NCBI GenBank assembly: GCA_963741955.1
Contig: CAVUKB010000004.1
Span: 1-64,000 of the forward strand
Length of the DNA stretch: 64,000 bases
Direction: 5' to 3'
From: an uncultured Acidobacteriota bacterium
GTDB lineage: Bacteria; Acidobacteriota; Thermoanaerobaculia; Gp7-AA8
Below the pieces are notes generated by a model. That model saw nothing but the letters and a program-made list of their open reading frames with translations. It made no database searches and was not told where the DNA came from. Below are positions 33,870 to 44,494 of this stretch, piece by piece; the stretch's first letter is position 1; each line of letters starts with the position of its first letter. The position numbers were made by a program, and so were the translations under genes.

Positions 33870-34561
33870 GCGGTGCGACTTTCGCTAAGGCTATTCCCGC
33901 ATTCCTGATCGTATGCTGTTCGCTTTCGTTGGGAGTTAGCGACCGCCCGGTGTTGGTTGCCGTTGTCTTCGGCTTCGGCTGCGCGGCGGCGCTTGTAGGA
34001 CGCGGGTGGCCGCGCGTTTCAAGGATGCAGCTACTGACGCTGGTGAATGTGGCCGGCTTCGCGTTGGTCGGTGGCACAGTTATCGGGGGTTCGGCGACTG
34101 AGGCACCGGTCACCTTAGATCCAAGAGCTGCCGTGGTATTGGCGCTGTCATTTGTGGTGACGCTCGTGTCCGGGGAAGTATTCGCAATTTCCTGGGTAAC
34201 GTCGGCGGCAGTCCTGTGGTATTACGCTCCGATTGCCGATTCGCTCGTGTTCGGACGAGGACCAATCATTTACGCTGTCACGCTGATGTTGCCTTCGGGC
34301 GTGCTGCTGGCGGGTCGGCGGGCGCGCCGTCGGGAACTGCTCGCGCTCGTTGTGCTGGTGTGCCCACTCGCGATGACTGTTACCGTGTGGTTGCTCGGAC
34401 TCGCTTTCCTTCATGATTTGTCGATGGCTCAACCGTGGCTGTCCGGACATCTGTTGCCGCTCATTACCGGGCCGGCGACGATCGGAGTGATTCCGGCCGT
34501 CGTACGAATCCTGCGTTCAGACGAGGCTCAACGTCTGGAGCCGAATGAGAACGTGGCGTAG
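33866..34561 (+). CDS. Multi-pass membrane protein, putative immunity for CT2
   Basis: Overlaps the toxin stop (GTGA); several hydrophobic segments. Confidence 0.6.
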   Translation: MSGATFAKAIPAFLIVCCSLSLGVSDRPVLVAVVFGFGCAAALVGRGWPRVSRMQLLTLVNVAGFALVGGTVIGGSATEAPVTLDPRAAVVLALSFVVTLVSGEVFAISWVTSAAVLWYYAPIADSLVFGRGPIIYAVTLMLPSGVLLAGRRARRRELLALVVLVCPLAMTVTVWLLGLAFLHDLSMAQPWLSGHLLPLITGPATIGVIPAVVRILRSDEAQRLEPNENVA

Positions 34562-34653
34562 GCCGTGACCTTCACGTTCATCCGATCGATTCGGGAATCG
34601 CGCTCGTTGTTAGAGAAGCGTCCGCACCGAGCGGCGGGCACCTGCCTCAGGTG

Positions 34654-37600
34654 CTTCGAGTACGACCCGCAGAACCGGCTGGGGATGTCGATCGACATGA
34701 GTGATCCGGATCGGCTGCTCATCACCACCTTCCAGTACGACACGCGCGGTCATCTGACGAAGAAGACGGACCCGGAGGGGCGGGAGACGAAGAGCGAGTA
34801 TGATCTCCGAGGGAACCGCGTCAAGGAAACGGACGCGGAGGGAGCGGTCACGACGTACACGTACGACGACGCGGACCGTCTGGAGACGCTCGAAGACGCC
34901 CGAGGAAATGTGACGACGTACCACTACGACGAGCACGGGAACCTGTTCGAGGAGATCCGTGCGGACGGCGCGACGTGGCACTGGACGTACGATCCGATGG
35001 ACGAGGTCGAGACGACGACGGACGCGAACGGGACGGTCACGACGTACGGCTACGACGATGCGGGACGGCTGCGCTCGAAGACGATGGCCGGAGCGCCCAA
35101 TGTTCTCGGGCCGTCGGCGATCACGTATACCGTGGACGACCTCGGGCGAGTGACCGGAACGAAGACGAGCGAGGGTGTGAAGACCACGGCGACATTCGAC
35201 TCGCTCGATCGCGAGCTGACGGAGTCGCAGCAGATCGGAGAGGGTCCGGTGCGGACGGTGACGCATGCGTTCGATCCGACCGGAAACCTCACGGGCGTCA
35301 CGTACCCCTCGGGGCTCGCGCTCACGCGCACGATCGATCCGCTGGGGCGGATCGCCGCGATCACGGAAAGCGGGAAATCCGCGCCGATCGTGATGTACGC
35401 GGACGCGGGACCGCGGCAGGTGACCCGGACGCTCGAGAACGGGATCACCTCGAGCTGGGGATGGGACGTGAACGCGCGGCTGGCTTCGATCCGGGACATC
35501 GCGGCGCCGAGTGCGACGGGGCGCGTCAGGGCTCCCGCCCTGACGGCGCGAGCGGAGCGAGCGCAATGCAGTGGACTGAACGACTGCCGGAAGGGCCAGG
35601 CCTCCGGAAGCGCCCTGCGGGACCTCACGTACGACCGCTCACCGGCAGGAGAGAAGAACGCGGCGGTGCGGGCGGACCTCGCGCGGAAGTGGAGCTACGA
35701 GCACAATCGCATCGGGGCGATCACGGCGGAGACGCTCTGGAAGACGGACACGCAGACGAATCCGATGCTGCGGAGGACGAGCTACGACGTCGACCCGGTG
35801 CTGAACTACCGCTCGATCACGAAGATCGTGCAGACTCCCCAGACGGCGACGACCACGGTGACCCCGACGAGCATCAACACGCGGAACCAGTACACGAGCT
35901 TCGGCGGCGAGACCCTCGGCTACGACGCGAACGGGAACCTCATCCGGACCGCGGGAGCGGTGCTTCAGTACGACGCGGAGAACCATCTCGCGAAGGCGAC
36001 GCTGGCCGACGGGACGACGCTGGAGAACCTTTACGACGCGAACGGGCGGAAGGTCGAGGAGGTCGTGACTCCCGCGGGACAGACCCCGCAGACGACGGAA
36101 TACGTCCTGGACGGGGACGAGGTGCTCGAGGAGTACGTCGCGGGAACGCGCTCGGCGCGCTACGTCCGCGGGCGCGGCATCGACGAGATCGTCCGCGCGG
36201 AGACCGCGAGCACGACGCTCTACCCTCTCCAGGACGAGCTCGGGAACGTCGACCGCCTCACAGACGCCTCGGGGGCGACGCTCGAGCGCTACGAATACGA
36301 AGGCTACGGCCGGTTCCACATCTTCGACGCTTCCTCCACCCCTCGGGCCACCTCAGAGTACGGCTGGCGCTGGCTCTTCCAGGGCCGCGAATACCTCCCG
36401 GCTCTCGACGCCTACGACTTCCGGGCCAGGACGCTCTGGGTGGAGATGGGACGGTTCGGGCAGGAGGATCCGGAGGGAGAGATCGGCATGGGCTACGCAT
36501 GCGGCGCTTTGTGGTAACTATTTGTCAAACGCAGATCCCACCGGGCTCTGGACGGTAAAGGATTCAGAATTCGCGGGCCTGCCGGCGTTCGATTTGGCTT
36601 TCGAGGAAGCTCGTCGGGTTTATCAGGACAGCAATCTCGGACCGTTCTACAGGTCGATCAATCCGGCGTTCTCCCAAGCGTTCTTGAAGGTCGGAACGCC
36701 ACCTAATATATATTCGCTAGGAGACGACTACAGTAGGTTAGCCACGGCCGGGTGGCCTGGAAAACCCGAGGGTGTGTACGTCTCTCGCGTTCTGGCGTTT
36801 CGCGCGAGCTTGGGTGGCACACCTCTGGCTGGACTAGCAGAAACGCTCCTTCATGAACAGGCTCACTACGAGAATGCCGCGAGTTCTGAGAAACGGCGGG
36901 ATTCAGACGATGATTGGTCACCGGGTCCGAATGGTGGCTATTTCCCGGATATCGCATCTCGTCCCGCCTCACCTGATCGATCGCATTCCCGAGGAGTTGG
37001 ACCACGTGGAACCGATCGAAAACGACCTCGGCGTTCGGCAGTCGGTCGCGAACAGCTTTCTCGAAGGCCGCGCTCATGTCGATGCTCACCAGACGGATTC
37101 GCGCGCAGCGCTCGGGGCCGAGCAGATCGAACAGCCCGTCGAGAACCTCTGCACTTTTACCCTTCGCCGCCCAGATCATCTGCCCGGTCTCGTGGTTCGT
37201 GACCACGGTCATGAACTTCTTCGGCCGCCCCCAGCAGATCTCGTCGATGCCGATCCGGGTCAGATTCTCGAGCGCGTTCGGGTCGCGTTTTTCGGCAACC
37301 ACTCGAGCGGCGATCCGTCCGGCCGTGAGCCAGCTGACCTTGAAGTACGCCGAGACCGCGGTTTGATTGGATCGCTGCAGAAACCAGGCAAGCTCGTCTT
37401 CGAACGCGCGGGTGAACATCGAACCAGGCCGTGCCCACGGAACCGCGGCCGTTCGCACCCCGCAGCGGCGGCAACGCACCCGCGGCAGATCCGCCCGCAG
37501 CATCACCCGGCATCCCCAGAGGCCGAGATGACGCCATTCGCGATGCTTCATCACCGTTCCGTGAAGCTCGGGAGCAACCCGTCCGCACCCTCCGCACCGC

Positions 37601-38231
37601 GGACGTCTCCACGTTGGACTCACGTCGAGATAGAGACTCCGAGCTTCGAACCGAACCCCGCGAACCGTTACGTTTGCCATGTTGAGCAACTTCCGGAACA
37701 ATGTCGTCAGGCGCACCGTGCCTGTCCTCCCCGTGTCTTGGTTTCATCGACTACAGACTACGGGAAATGGGCAGCACGGTTCGCCGATTCCAACCTGCTA
37801 TCGCTGCTTCGATCTTCACCTCTCCACGAGCAGCGACTTTCGGGGCTCCTTCAGATCCTTCCGCGACGGCGGGGCAAGTTGTGGGAACGGCGGAAAACGC
37901 GGCGGCCGGGTGGCGGCGTTTTCCGCGGTTTCCACAACTTCGCTTTCCGAACGCTTCGGCGAATATTTTTGAGCTGGGAAACATCCTTGAGAGTTACATG
38001 ACCGACGGCGCTGTGGTCAAGTACGAGTACGACCATGATGCGTTCGTCATTTGGGATTTCAATGCCGGAACGAAGAGCGTCGAAAGGCAAAAGGCGACGA
38101 TTCGCCGTTCAGATAGAGTCGTTAGGAAGCTATTTGGATCCATTGAGACACTCGGGAAGGTCCATGATCGCGGGAAGGGAGTCGACTACTACATCATTCC
38201 GGAAACAGGAAAGCGCGGTGACAAGCGATGA
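34654..38231 (+). pseudogene. Orphan Rhs module 3 with HExxH CT; frameshifted near 36500 and interrupted by an IS fragment
   Basis: Core repeat up to DPEG (about 36478); NADPTG in another frame; LLHEQAH; CT resumes at 37959 (ANIFELGN..). Confidence 0.8.
36952..37963 (-). mobile_element. Internal ISL3 fragment (1012 bp) lacking both terminal IRs
   Basis: Matches copy 1 positions 9193-10204. Confidence 0.92.
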
Positions 38232-39070
38232 AGAAGTGGATGCCGCGTGTAGCGGTCGTGGTATTCGTAGCCTTCTCTTCGGCGAATGCCGTCTGGCCGC
38301 AGGTTACCGGCGAGGCGGTTCTTGTGTGGAGCCTGCCGGGCCCAATATTCTTCGAAGCGAATAGTAGTCAGCTCTCAACCGATGGCAAAGAGGCGCTTAA
38401 GGTTTGGGCCTGGCGATATGCCATCGAGAACAGAGCGGTGCGCCTCGTATTGACCGGTCACGCTGATCTGGATGCAGCGGGAGCGGTATACAACGAAGCT
38501 CTTGCCCGAAGGCGAGCTCGTTCCGCAAGGCATTATCTTGAACATGTCGGCCTCGCGGCGGACCAGTTGATCGTTGAAGGCAAAGTCGATGTCATCAAAG
38601 AATGCTTGCCGGGAGATGCAAATTGCCGACGAAAAGCCCGCCGAGTCGACATCCACCCTGAGATTCACGGGGTGGCGGTCCTGACCCCCGTCCCGGTGGG
38701 ACATCTCGTGAGGTCTCATCTCGTCATCCGAATCGAAAGCGACTCGCAGGTTCTCCGCGCTCATTTCGAGATCAAGGCCGTCGACCGCGAACACACCACA
38801 TTCACAGTTACTCGTGCGATACGGCCCGACTCACCGGGCGTGGTCGCTCAACCGGGAGGCATCGACGTGGAAGATGTCGCGGAGCTGTTGGGACTAAAAG
38901 AAGGAAGCTACCGCATTCTGATCTCTGCAGCCGACGGCTCGTATTTCTGGCCCCAACTCGGTGTCGTCGACGTACAGTCGGGCGATCTGCTCCAACTCCG
39001 AACTCCAGGCGGATGCGTTGAATTCGACCGGGAAAACGACGGAATTCGTCCGTGCGATCGACGGAACTAA
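38228..39070 (+). CDS. Exported OmpA-like domain protein in the immunity position of CT3
   Basis: Signal peptide; IFFEANSSQL..LTGHAD..YNEALARRRA..RRVDI. Confidence 0.8.
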   Translation: MKKWMPRVAVVVFVAFSSANAVWPQVTGEAVLVWSLPGPIFFEANSSQLSTDGKEALKVWAWRYAIENRAVRLVLTGHADLDAAGAVYNEALARRRARSARHYLEHVGLAADQLIVEGKVDVIKECLPGDANCRRKARRVDIHPEIHGVAVLTPVPVGHLVRSHLVIRIESDSQVLRAHFEIKAVDREHTTFTVTRAIRPDSPGVVAQPGGIDVEDVAELLGLKEGSYRILISAADGSYFWPQLGVVDVQSGDLLQLRTPGGCVEFDRENDGIRPCDRRN

Positions 39071-39158
39071 ATCTCCAGAGTGGATAGGGCCGACGGCATG
39101 AAAGGAGCCAGGACGTCGCGCGTCGCTTGCAGTAAGTTGCTGGAATATGGAAAAGGCG

Positions 39159-40090
39159 GCGAAGATCGGGGCCAGCGAAGATCGGGGCCAGCGAAGATCG
39201 GGGCCAGGCCTTCGATTCTCGCTTGCACGTGTAAGCGACTCCAGGGTCTGTAGTTAGCGAGACGGTGACTTTGACTCTGAACGGAGAAAGCGGGGTGAGG
39301 TGCGTCGCTTCTCGGTTGATTCGTCAGATGCTCGATCGAATGCGACGTAGTGGGCAGGTGTTCATGGCGATCGGAACGGATTCGGCCTCCGTCGCGTGGC
39401 GAAACCTGGACCGGGCGTCACTTGGAACAAGGCTCCGTCACGGCGAATCGTGAGGAATGATCAGTTTTCAGGGAAGTCGTGCGTCGCCTCAGAACGGCGC
39501 CGGGCCCGGTGCGTCGCGGATGATGTGTGGCACCAGGAGCATCGGCCAGATCGGAACGGCGCGGGGAGGCGCGGCATCTGAGTTGCCCGCGAGGAGCGAC
39601 GCGAGGCTACGGTCGGCGAGATCGCGGAGAAGCCGGTCGTTCACGAGCTCGCGCTCGCAGCGGGCGATGAGGTTCGAGACGTGGCCGGTGCTGCCGAGGC
39701 GCAAGAGGGCCGCGATCGGGCGGAGCTGCTCGGCGCTCTCGTAGCGGCCGAGCCACGCGGTCAGCGGGTGAGGAACATCAGGCGATCCGCATCGCATCGG
39801 AAGATCGGCTTGCGTTCGTTCCCGCGGGAGGTCACGTGGAAGACCGCGCCGGGGAACTCGAGGCGAAGTGGTCGTGCCATGCAATCGAGAGTACCTCGGA
39901 TTTTCCGAAATACCGAGGGTTCTACTCCTCGTGGAATCGGCGCCGACTCCCCAGGTCCTGATCGCAGGTGCAAGTCGGCGATCCGGCAGCGGCTGTCGTA
40001 GAATATCGTGCAGCAAACGAAGCGGCGAAGTAGCGCCGTGACAAAGAGTTAGGGGAGAGGACCGACAGGCGAAGCCCTGACCCCAAAGTT
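39159..40090 (-). mobile_element. RAYT element B, internally deleted (non-autonomous)
   Basis: Homologous to 14.75-16.54 kb; gene 5' and 3' ends fused at about 39768; 16-bp end unit GCGAAGATCGGGGCCA occurs three times. Confidence 0.8.
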
Positions 40091-40198
40091 CCAGACTCCA
40101 TTGAAGGTTCGCCTGGAACCGGAATCTACACAACCCATTGATTTACCTTTAGCCGTGAAACTAAAATAGCAGTCGTCCTTGTTTTAGGTTGCTGCCGC

Positions 40199-41365
40199 AT
40201 GCAGAGAACACCACCAGGTACATACGCCGAGGTTGCCACGGCCGGCGAGCGGTTCCGGGCGTTCGTGCCGGCGCCGCTGCCACCCGACCCGCCGATCGTC
40301 TGGTCGCCTACGCTGCGGCGCTGCTTCGACGACGCGCTCGTGGCGCTGGGCCGGCTGGATGCGCTGTCGGCGCACCTGCCCAACGCATCCCTCCTGCTCT
40401 ACAGCTACGTGCGCAAGGAGGCGGTGCTCTCCTCGCAGATCGAAGGCACCCAGTCCTCCCTGGCGGACCTGCTCCTCTACGAGATCGATGAGCAGCCCGG
40501 CGTGCCGGTGGAGGATGCGCGCGAGGTGAGCCGCTGCGTAGCGGCGCTCGAGCACGGCCTGAAGGCTTTGCGAAGCGGTCTGCCGCTGTCGATGCGCCTG
40601 CTGTCCGGCATGCACGAGGTGTTGCTGTCCCATCCCGGCGGACACGGGAAGACGCCGGGCGAGGTGCGGCGCTCGCAGGTCTGGATCGGCGGCACACGGC
40701 CGGGCAATGCCGCGTTTGTGCCGCCGCCCCCGCATGCGCTGGCGGACTGCCTGACGCCGTTCGAGCACTTCCTGAACGACCAGCCGGAACCGACACCGCC
40801 GCTGATCAAAGCGGCGCTGGCGCACGTGCAGTTCGAGACCATCCACCCCTTCCTCGACGGCAACGGCCGCCTTGGGCGGCTCCTGATCGTGCTGCAACTG
40901 GTCGCGGGTGGCGTACTGCGTGAGCCGATGCTGTACCCCAGCCTCTACTTCAAGACCCACCGCGCGCTGTACTACGAGTTGCTGAACGAGGTCCGGCTGC
41001 ACGGCGAGTGGGAACGCTGGCTCGACTTTTTCGCCGAGGGGGTGCAGACGAGCGCCTCGCAGGCGGTGGCCACGGCCAATACGCTGCTCGCCCTCGTCAA
41101 CGCCGACCGCGACCGCATCACAAGCCTGGGTCGCGCGGCCACCTCGGCGCTGGCGGTGCACCAGGCCCTGCAGCAGCAGCCGATCACGACCTCGGCGGCG
41201 TTGGTCAAGGCCACGGAACTGACCGCGGCGACGGTCAACAAGTCGCTGGTTCATCTGGAACGCCTCGGGGTCGTCGCCGAGCTGACCAACCGGCAGCGCG
41301 GCCGCGTGTTCGCGTACCGGCGCTATGTCGACGAGCTGGCGGCAGAGCTGGAGGAGACCGCATGA
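40199..41365 (+). CDS. Fic family protein (Fic/DOC N-terminal, Fic domain, wHTH)
   Basis: EAVLSSQIEGT; HPFLDGNGRLGR. Confidence 0.93.
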   Translation: MQRTPPGTYAEVATAGERFRAFVPAPLPPDPPIVWSPTLRRCFDDALVALGRLDALSAHLPNASLLLYSYVRKEAVLSSQIEGTQSSLADLLLYEIDEQPGVPVEDAREVSRCVAALEHGLKALRSGLPLSMRLLSGMHEVLLSHPGGHGKTPGEVRRSQVWIGGTRPGNAAFVPPPPHALADCLTPFEHFLNDQPEPTPPLIKAALAHVQFETIHPFLDGNGRLGRLLIVLQLVAGGVLREPMLYPSLYFKTHRALYYELLNEVRLHGEWERWLDFFAEGVQTSASQAVATANTLLALVNADRDRITSLGRAATSALAVHQALQQQPITTSAALVKATELTAATVNKSLVHLERLGVVAELTNRQRGRVFAYRRYVDELAAELEETA

Positions 41366-41595
41366 GCCAGTTCGTCTCGAGCGGCGCGCTGGTTCCCGGA
41401 AGCCGGCCCTGCGGATTGCAACCGGGAGGACGTGGAGGAATGATCGCAATCACGAACAACCAATTGCGATTCTGCAACATGCTTATGTGCAAGCGTTTGT
41501 GCGTTGCACGGACTGCAACTGACGCCCCATTTGGTTGCAATCCCGAAGCAATGCCGCCGCAATCGACGGCATCCTCGGAAGGGAGCCGCAAGCCT

Positions 41596-41645
41596 GTGAG
41601 CCAGTTCGATTTCCTTCAGCGCGAGTGGTCCGTGAAGCGAAGAGC
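41596..41645 (+). pseudogene. Possible N-terminal remnant of a type I restriction HsdR
   Basis: (M)SQFDFLQREW resembles EcoKI-like R-subunit starts; ends at a GGGGTCAGGCC motif. Confidence 0.4.
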
Positions 41646-41769
41646 GGGGGTCAGGCCTGCTTAGGTCGGACAACGCCGGAAGTTCTTACCTTCACAAGAC
41701 TTCTCGTTCAAGCTTCTTCTCCTGAACGGCTCTGATCCGCACGCTGAAGCCTTCGCCGCCGGTCGCGTG

Positions 41770-43000
41770 CGTGAGGATGCGAGCCCCGACTCCGGCGGTC
41801 GCGTCGCGTGCAGGAGCTCGGTCGCGCGGTTGCACGGGCATCGCAGGCACGCGTCGCGCCCGCCGGGATTTGCGTGATCGGCAACGTGAGTTGTTCTTCG
41901 TGCGCGCGATCCCCGGGTTCCGGCGCGGAGCGCTTTCACCCTGGGCTGGCCGCATTTCTCACATCGTCTCTGCTGCGGAGACGGAGAGTGGCCCGTCTGC
42001 TACGTTGCGCACAGCTTCGGCTCCTCAACATAGTCACCACTATGCCTTCGTCGCCGAAGCTGCGCGCGCCTTGCATCCAGGCCACTCTCCGCCTCCTCGC
42101 GACGAGACGGTGTGAGAAATGCGGGCTAGTGTCAATCGTGCCTCCGGCACGGGAGGCGGCGCGAGTGGGAGGAGTCGCGCCTGTGGGCGAGAACTGCACG
42201 TGTTTCGCGAATTGAGACGAGGCGATTCTGCACGACTTCTGAATTCGAGTTTCGGTGTCGCCCCTCACCCTGACCCTCTCCCCGAATGGGGATGTCGGCT
42301 GAAGTTCGTGAATACGGACGGGGAGAGGGGACCGCCCCCCGACCCGGCGAGTGTGCGAGCATCCCACGGTCGTTCGGATCTCGGTTCCTGCCTCCGGCGG
42401 TCACGCCGCGTGCAGAACGTTTCGCCCGCGCGAAGGTTTGGTCCGGCGGGCACGCGTCGCGCCCGGCGGTGTTTTCGCGAGGGGCAACAGGGATATCTAT
42501 CGCGCGCGCGCGATCCCTGTCAATCGTGCCTACGGCACTGGAGGCGGCGCGAGTGGGAGTGAGTCGCGCCTGGTGGGCGAGAACTGCACGTGTTTCGCGA
42601 ATTGCGACGAGGCGATTCTGCACGATTTCTGAATTCGGGTTTCGGTGTCGCCCCTCACCCTGACCCTCTCCCCGAATGGGGATGTCGGCTGAAGTTCGTG
42701 AATACGGACGGGGAGAGGGGACCGCCCCCCGACCCGGCGAGTGCGTGAGCATCCCTCGGTCGTTCGGATCTCGGTTCATGCCTCCGGCGGTCACGCCGCG
42801 TGCAGGAGTTCGTTCGCGCGATGGCTTCGTTCCGGCGGGCACGAATTCATGGGAGCGAGCGTCCGGCGTTCGAGAGCAAGGGCGCGGTAGCTCGCTCCGT
42901 GGGTTCGGGCAACCAGAGTTTTGGAGCACGGATGGTTCGGGCGAGCGATGCGACGCGCACGTGCATTTCGTGAACACGATCTCGAGCCATCGCCGGAGAG
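41770..43000. repeat. Composite REP/MITE array (MITE D at about 41946-42128; about 390-bp direct repeat containing the CCCTCACCCTGACCCTCTCCC..GGGGAGAGGG palindrome)
   Basis: GTCAATCGTGCCT starts units at about 42130 and 42519; the same modules occur at 52.4-54.8 and 59.2-60.6 kb. Confidence 0.85.
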
Positions 43001-43128
43001 CTTCGAGGCGATGCCCGTGTTCGATCGGGCGACCGACGATGCATCCTCCTCTTCGAGTCCGCACCCCTGCATCGCGTCAAACTGCGATCGTCGGGTAGAA
43101 TCCCGCGGATCATGATGGAGACTACGAC

Positions 43129-44481
43129 ATGAAGCTCCACGTTCCTCACACCTGGGTCCTGCTGTTCTCCCTCATTCTCCTCGCGGCCCTTGCCACCTGG
43201 TTCATTCCTGCCGGCGAGTACCGGTACGTGGATGCCGGTGGGCGATCACTGGTCGACCCGACGAGCTTCCACTCGGTGCCGCCCCAGCCGGCCGGAGTGA
43301 TCGATGCGCTGCTCGCGTTTCCGCGCGGTTTGACCGAAACGGCTGCGATCGTGTTCTACATCTTCATCATCGGTGGGGCATTCGGGGTGATCGACGAGAG
43401 CGGCGCGATTTCCGGAGGCATCGATGCCGTCGTGAAAGGAAGCGGGGGGCGTGGAGAATATGTGCTCCCGTTGCTCATGGTTCTGTTCGCGATCGCCGGC
43501 GGCACGATCGGAATGGCGGAGGAGACTCTACCGTTCCTTCCGGGACTGGTGATCCTCTCGCGCCGGCTCGGCTACGACCGGATCACGGGGGGCGCCATCG
43601 CGCTCGTCGGCGCGGGCGCCGGCTTCGCCGGGGCCTTTCTCAACCCGTTCACGGTGGGTGTCGCACAGGGGATTGCCGGGCTCCCGCTGTTTTCCGGGAT
43701 CTCGTACCGCTTGCTCGCATGGGTGTCGATGACGACGATCGGGATCGCGTACGTGAGTCATTACGCGAGGAGGATCCGCGTCACTCCATCCGAGGCAGCC
43801 GAGGAGGGGCCGGGGCGGGATTCGGGTGGCCTGACGTCACGTCATGTGCTCGTTCTCGCGGTCGTGATCATGGCGCTGGGTGCCGTCGTCGTCGGGGCAA
43901 TGCGCTGGAGTTGGGGTATTCCGGAACTTTCGGCGCTGTTCCTCGCGGTCGCGATCGCCGCGGGGCTGGCCGGCGGGCTGGGAGCGGACGGGACCGCTCA
44001 GGCGTTCGTCAACGGAGCTGCGGCGATTGCAGGAGGCGCGTTGGTGGTGGGACTCGCGCGTGGCGTGTTGGTGGTATTCGAGCACGCTCACGTGATTGAC
44101 ACGATCCTGAACCGGCTGTCGATGGCCGTGGCCGGACTCCCCGGGTGGGCCAGCGCTGCAGGTGTTTATGGGGTTCAGGTGCTTCTCAACTTTCTGGTTC
44201 CCTCGGGCAGCGGTCAGGCCGCCCTTTCGATTCCGATTCTCGCGCCGCTGGGAGATCTGGTGGGGGTCACCCGACAGACCAGCGTCCTCGCGTTTCAACT
44301 CGGAGATGGAATCACGAACGTCTTCACGCCGACTCAGGGTTACTTCATGGCAGGGCTCGCGGTGATCGGCGTTTCGTGGGTCGACTGGGCCCGATTCATC
44401 TGGCGTTTGATACTGCTCTGGCTCGCCGCAGGGCTCGTGTTGGTCCTCATCGCGCACGCCATGCGCCTGGGGCCGTTCTGA
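43129..44481 (+). CDS. YfcC/DcuC-like membrane transporter
   Basis: PHTWVLLF..TWFIPAGEY..GMAEE..NPFTVGVAQ.IAGLPLFSG..VPSGSGQA. Confidence 0.9.
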   Translation: MKLHVPHTWVLLFSLILLAALATWFIPAGEYRYVDAGGRSLVDPTSFHSVPPQPAGVIDALLAFPRGLTETAAIVFYIFIIGGAFGVIDESGAISGGIDAVVKGSGGRGEYVLPLLMVLFAIAGGTIGMAEETLPFLPGLVILSRRLGYDRITGGAIALVGAGAGFAGAFLNPFTVGVAQGIAGLPLFSGISYRLLAWVSMTTIGIAYVSHYARRIRVTPSEAAEEGPGRDSGGLTSRHVLVLAVVIMALGAVVVGAMRWSWGIPELSALFLAVAIAAGLAGGLGADGTAQAFVNGAAAIAGGALVVGLARGVLVVFEHAHVIDTILNRLSMAVAGLPGWASAAGVYGVQVLLNFLVPSGSGQAALSIPILAPLGDLVGVTRQTSVLAFQLGDGITNVFTPTQGYFMAGLAVIGVSWVDWARFIWRLILLWLAAGLVLVLIAHAMRLGPF

Positions 44482-44494
44482 TCGGAGATTGGGT

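Noticed and set aside
41770-43100. Many 60-300 aa ORFs in the repeat arrays (also at 59.2-60.6 kb)
   Set aside because: They are translations of palindromic non-coding repeats, and the frames are not conserved between copies
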